From contig CAJNOG010000006.1 of the NCBI GenBank assembly GCA_905250045.1, positions 477,475-489,665 on the forward strand: DNA of 12,191 bases. The letters run 5' to 3'. Numbering within the stretch: the stretch's first letter is position 1; each line of letters opens with the position of its first letter. Positions 8,564-12,191 of this stretch are shown one piece after another. Under the pieces are notes generated by a model. That model ran no database searches and had not been told where the DNA came from. It saw only the letters and a list, made by a program, of their open reading frames with translations. Source of the stretch: Adineta steineri (Eukaryota). A program made the position numbers and the translations under genes.

Positions 8564-8622
8564 GGGTGTGGGTGTGGATATGATTGTGAATGCAAGAAGT
8601 GTAAAACTCCTAAACTCACACC
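8564..8622 (-). repeat. Bipartite G/T-C/A motif copy 3 (inverted) with telomere-like GGGTGTGGGTGTGG
   Basis: GGGTGTGGGTGTGG at 8564..8577 and ACTCACACC (reverse complement GGTGTGAGT) at 8614..8622. Confidence 0.55.
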
Positions 8623-9295
8623 ACTATTAAATAATTAGGATAAGCGCATATTTTTAGAAATACTTTTGGATCTTCTATGTAATTGTTGAAATAAAGTACG
8701 TAATTTTGCATATCAAACATTGTATATTCTAGTCATAGAAGAGAAGATATTATTGTACTAGAATTAAAACTATCTCAACATTCTATTTTCTTAATCAGAT
8801 ATTATATGGATAAGTCAAAGTGAAAATATTTTAAATTACTGCTAACTACTAATAAATATATGATTTCTGATTACAATCCAGATCGAGTCTTCCTTTAGAA
8901 ATAATGTATGTAAAGCATATTCTATGATATTTAGAATATCATGTAAATTAATAGATCTCGTTCTTTCTTCTTATATTTGATATATAAAATGTGATAATTC
9001 AATATTATTGTTTTTTTTTAACACGTAAATATACCGCCTTGATTTTTTGTTATCTTTGTTCAACTAAAGAATACAAGCATTAAATCAAAGAATAATAACA
9101 ATAATAGTATCTGGTTCAAACCAGTGATTCGAATAATATATTCTACGAACTCAATACTAGTTTAGAAGGAAAAAAAATTTCGTCTCATCCCAATTTCCTA
9201 GACTATTTTCAAATACATCAATAAAATTCAAACAACAATTTGTAAGCAGACAATGATTTTATTATAGCAAATTTAAAAGAATTTTTTTAAAACAA

Positions 9296-12190
9296 TTAGT
9301 ATTGTGTAGTATTATTTATGAGGAATATGCGAAATCGTCGACGATAATGTGATATTGCATGTTTGAATTCTTTTTTATAAATTGGTGATGGTAGAACAAA
9401 AATTAAAAACATACACGTTGATGGTATAAATGAAAGAAAATAACCACTAAGATAAAACCACAATAGATGAGTTGATTTATCACATTTTAAAACAAATGAA
9501 ATGATTAAATGTGGTAATGTTAAAGTTATAATAATCATAGGGCTAATTAATAGATGTTTATGTTGTTTAATTTTAGTTACAAGATGTTTTTTGAAGCTAA
9601 GATTTTTTTGAGAAGTTGTTCGTTGACGAGTAGTGATTATAATAATAGTAGCAGCTGAAATAAAGTTAATTATTAATGGACTTACATAATGAAACATTAT
9701 TAATGTAAAACTATATATTTGTACAAATGATGTATAAGTAACAACACACCAGCTTCGTTCTTCAGTTTTATCAGTAAAAACACGAAGGTCAATTATTTGT
9801 GGAATATAAATAGCAAAATTGCTTAAAATCACTGTTATAATAACATATTTAGCAACTCTTAAGCTTTTCTGTTTATCAAAATTAATTCCTTGTCGTACGG
9901 AAATAATTCTTTCTATAGCTACACAAGCATGAAGCCATTTATCTATATATAATATGACTTTGAGAAGTGGTTCAACGATTCGACAATTTAAAAGAAGAAT
10001 AGTTTGTAAACCACGTTCTTCTAAAGTTAATTGATAAGACAGAAACAGTAACCAAAATTTCAATGTAAATAAAATCATAATTGCTAATGAATTAATTGAT
10101 GCAGTCAAAAGATAAATGCCACAGCCAACTTTTTGTGATGCTTCTCTTCGGAAAATTATCATTGATAAAATACAGTTAATGAGACCTATAAGAAATATAA
10201 TCATTGTTATAATAGCACTCACTTTAACTGTAATAGGTTGTTGAGATAATATAACATTTCGTTTAAACTCATAACCTAAAATTTCATCTAATGTTGAACC
10301 AAGAGCTTTTGCATAGAATTGACATTCATTACCAAAAAAGCATTCAGGACATATACATATTCTTGTCGATGGACAAGTTGGATGATCTTGTACACATTCT
10401 GCTTGATTTGCACAATATTTTTTTAATTTACATTCAAAATTTCGATTATGTTTAAATTCCATACAATTAGCATGATGTTCATTTGTACATAAACATAAAT
10501 AAGCTTCATCAATAAAACAAGTTAGATCATAATTTATATGACAAAGTTTATGAAAAAATACTATTCGTCGATATTGAGTCATATTCAGTATTGTCGAATT
10601 TAATAAATGTTCCACAGGAATACATTCTTGCGACGAGCGAATTGATGTTGAAATATCTATTTGTGGTAATTGTTGAATAACAACAAGATAAAATTTATTA
10701 TTAGCTTGAACAATGACCATATGATATAACATTGAAATATAAAAAGTAACACTATGTTGAAAAAGTGTTAATTTTTGTAATTTAATCGTAGTAATTGGAT
10801 TTGATTGATTTGATAGTGTAAAGAAATAACCAATGACATATGCTGGAATATCAATACTAGTTAGAGAAACATTAAGTCTTGCTTTTAAATCTTGACACTT
10901 GTCACCAAAATATCGATCAGGACAAATACATGTATAACGACTATTAGATTTGGTTACATCAGCTGGTACACATTTGCCATTATTTTTACAAGCATTCATT
11001 GGACATGTTGATGTAAATAAACATCGTGAGCCAAATTTATTTAATGGACATACACATATTGATTGATTGTATGTAATCCCAAAATGAAACGAATCATATG
11101 AACATATTTGCTGATTTATTGATATATTACAATGAATACCTGCCCATTTCGAATGACATCGACAAAAATATTTATTTTTATTTAAATATTTTACACATCT
11201 GCCATTCACGCAAGTATTTAAACAATTTGATGAATTATCCACTGACTGATTTGATAGAATTAATGAAATAGCCATTCGATTGACAGGTAAGAAAAGAAAA
11301 GTAATAGGAAAATACCAACTTCCAACATATGTTATTTGAGTTTTTTCAAATGCATCAATACGAATACTATAATTATGAGAAATATTTTTTGGTCGTTCTG
11401 GAAATAATAAATATCTATTTAGTTTTACACTACAACTTTGCTTTGTTATATAGACGAATTGATCATAAGAATGAATATCTTCGCGTTTGTCGATCTCATC
11501 AATTAACATAATAACAATAGCAAAAGTAGTATGTCTATCAACTGAAGTCAAGTGTAATGTTAAACTAATTCGTTGATTTTGATATTGGCATAAATGACCA
11601 TAGTAACTAGGTGGACATTTACATACATTATTAAAAGTATCATTTTCACTTCGAAGATGAACAGTAAGTCCACGATTACAATACCATGAACTGTTGCCAA
11701 TTATAAGTGTATTGGAATTTGTAATTGATGATTGATCTGTTGACCAATAAAAACTTTCATTGACGACGCTATTTCCTAACGAAGGATAGTTAGATGATGT
11801 ATGAACCGAAAAATACTGTCTTCTTCGATTTTTCTGTTCACTCAGTCCACAAAGTACCTCCTCTATTTCACTGCGATTGTATGTTGAATCGTTAACACAC
11901 TTGAATCGATAAGTTTGAGTTTTACAGAATTTTTCATCTTCATCATCAAGTGGACAATCAGTTTTGTTGTTGCATAATTGTGATGGTAACAAACACGTTA
12001 TATCTTTCAAACAGCGAAAGCGTTTAGGTACTTCGCTCGGAGGATAGAAACGTTGACATTCATGTTGCTCGTCGGATGCGCCAAGACAATCATATTCTCC
12101 ATCATTAACACGTGTGTGAGGTAAGCAAATTACTGTAAAATTAGAAGGATCTATACATGCTTGAGTTCCTGAATGACATTTGCCGTGACC
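9296..12190 (-). CDS. Partial LDLa/EGF-repeat rhodopsin-like 7TM receptor, 5' end beyond the window
   Basis: Single open frame to the window edge. Upstream of the listed ORF the frame reads GHGKCHSGTQACIDPSNFTVICLPHTRVNDGEYDCLGASDEQHECQRFYPPSEVPKRFRCLKDITCLLPSQLCNNKTDCPLDDEDEKFC (LDLa-like). It continues with EGF-like modules (CVNGRCVKYLNKNKYFCRCHSKWAGIHC; CPMNACKNNGKCVPADVTKSNSRYTCICPDRYFGDKC; CICPECFFGNEC) and a 7TM block with an ERI motif after TM3. Confidence 0.92.
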   Translation of the reverse strand, partial: GHGKCHSGTQACIDPSNFTVICLPHTRVNDGEYDCLGASDEQHECQRFYPPSEVPKRFRCLKDITCLLPSQLCNNKTDCPLDDEDEKFCKTQTYRFKCVNDSTYNRSEIEEVLCGLSEQKNRRRQYFSVHTSSNYPSLGNSVVNESFYWSTDQSSITNSNTLIIGNSSWYCNRGLTVHLRSENDTFNNVCKCPPSYYGHLCQYQNQRISLTLHLTSVDRHTTFAIVIMLIDEIDKREDIHSYDQFVYITKQSCSVKLNRYLLFPERPKNISHNYSIRIDAFEKTQITYVGSWYFPITFLFLPVNRMAISLILSNQSVDNSSNCLNTCVNGRCVKYLNKNKYFCRCHSKWAGIHCNISINQQICSYDSFHFGITYNQSICVCPLNKFGSRCLFTSTCPMNACKNNGKCVPADVTKSNSRYTCICPDRYFGDKCQDLKARLNVSLTSIDIPAYVIGYFFTLSNQSNPITTIKLQKLTLFQHSVTFYISMLYHMVIVQANNKFYLVVIQQLPQIDISTSIRSSQECIPVEHLLNSTILNMTQYRRIVFFHKLCHINYDLTCFIDEAYLCLCTNEHHANCMEFKHNRNFECKLKKYCANQAECVQDHPTCPSTRICICPECFFGNECQFYAKALGSTLDEILGYEFKRNVILSQQPITVKVSAIITMIIFLIGLINCILSMIIFRREASQKVGCGIYLLTASINSLAIMILFTLKFWLLFLSYQLTLEERGLQTILLLNCRIVEPLLKVILYIDKWLHACVAIERIISVRQGINFDKQKSLRVAKYVIITVILSNFAIYIPQIIDLRVFTDKTEERSWCVVTYTSFVQIYSFTLIMFHYVSPLIINFISAATIIIITTRQRTTSQKNLSFKKHLVTKIKQHKHLLISPMIIITLTLPHLIISFVLKCDKSTHLLWFYLSGYFLSFIPSTCMFLIFVLPSPIYKKEFKHAISHYRRRFRIFLINNTTQY

Positions 12191-12191
12191 A

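Noticed and set aside
8564-8577. True telomere or subtelomeric array
   Set aside because: Only about 2.3 repeat units, flanked by unique sequence and genes; interstitial at most.
11329-11511. 60-aa plus ORF
   Set aside because: Antisense to the receptor ectodomain coding frame with no independent support.
1-12191. CRISPR array, prokaryotic defence operon, tRNA or rRNA
   Set aside because: No regularly spaced direct repeats, no cloverleaf-like or rRNA-like sequence recognised, and the genes are eukaryotic with spliceosomal introns.

Overview
Eukaryotic, intron-containing, AT-rich window. Gene style and telomere-like TGTGGG/GGTGTG motifs suggest a bdelloid-rotifer-like genome (inference only). 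Three protein genes are supported. (1) A minus-strand partial 7TM receptor lies at 1..594, in a frame the ORF track does not list. (2) A nine-exon plus-strand gene spans 4087..7851, about 926 aa, reconstructed from phase-consistent GT-AG junctions. It has a short cytosolic N-terminus, one TM helix, an unrecognised acidic ectodomain, a Ser/Thr/Lys-rich linker made of two apparently duplicated mini-exons, and a complete laccase-like multicopper oxidase in one 1.7 kb uninterrupted exon. (3) A minus-strand, intronless, partial receptor at 9296..12190 has LDLa-like and EGF-like repeats followed directly by a rhodopsin-like 7TM bundle. Between the genes are a 219-bp imperfect palindrome (25-nt perfect core arms), a MITE-like element with a 12-bp GC-rich hairpin, a decayed coding remnant, and three copies of a short bipartite motif (GGTGTGAGT ... 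CCCAC/CCCACAC). One of those copies contains a telomere-like GGGTGTGGGTGTGG. No CRISPR array, rRNA or tRNA was recognised. The best candidates for novelty are the membrane-anchored chimeric multicopper oxidase and the bipartite G/T-C/A motif family.
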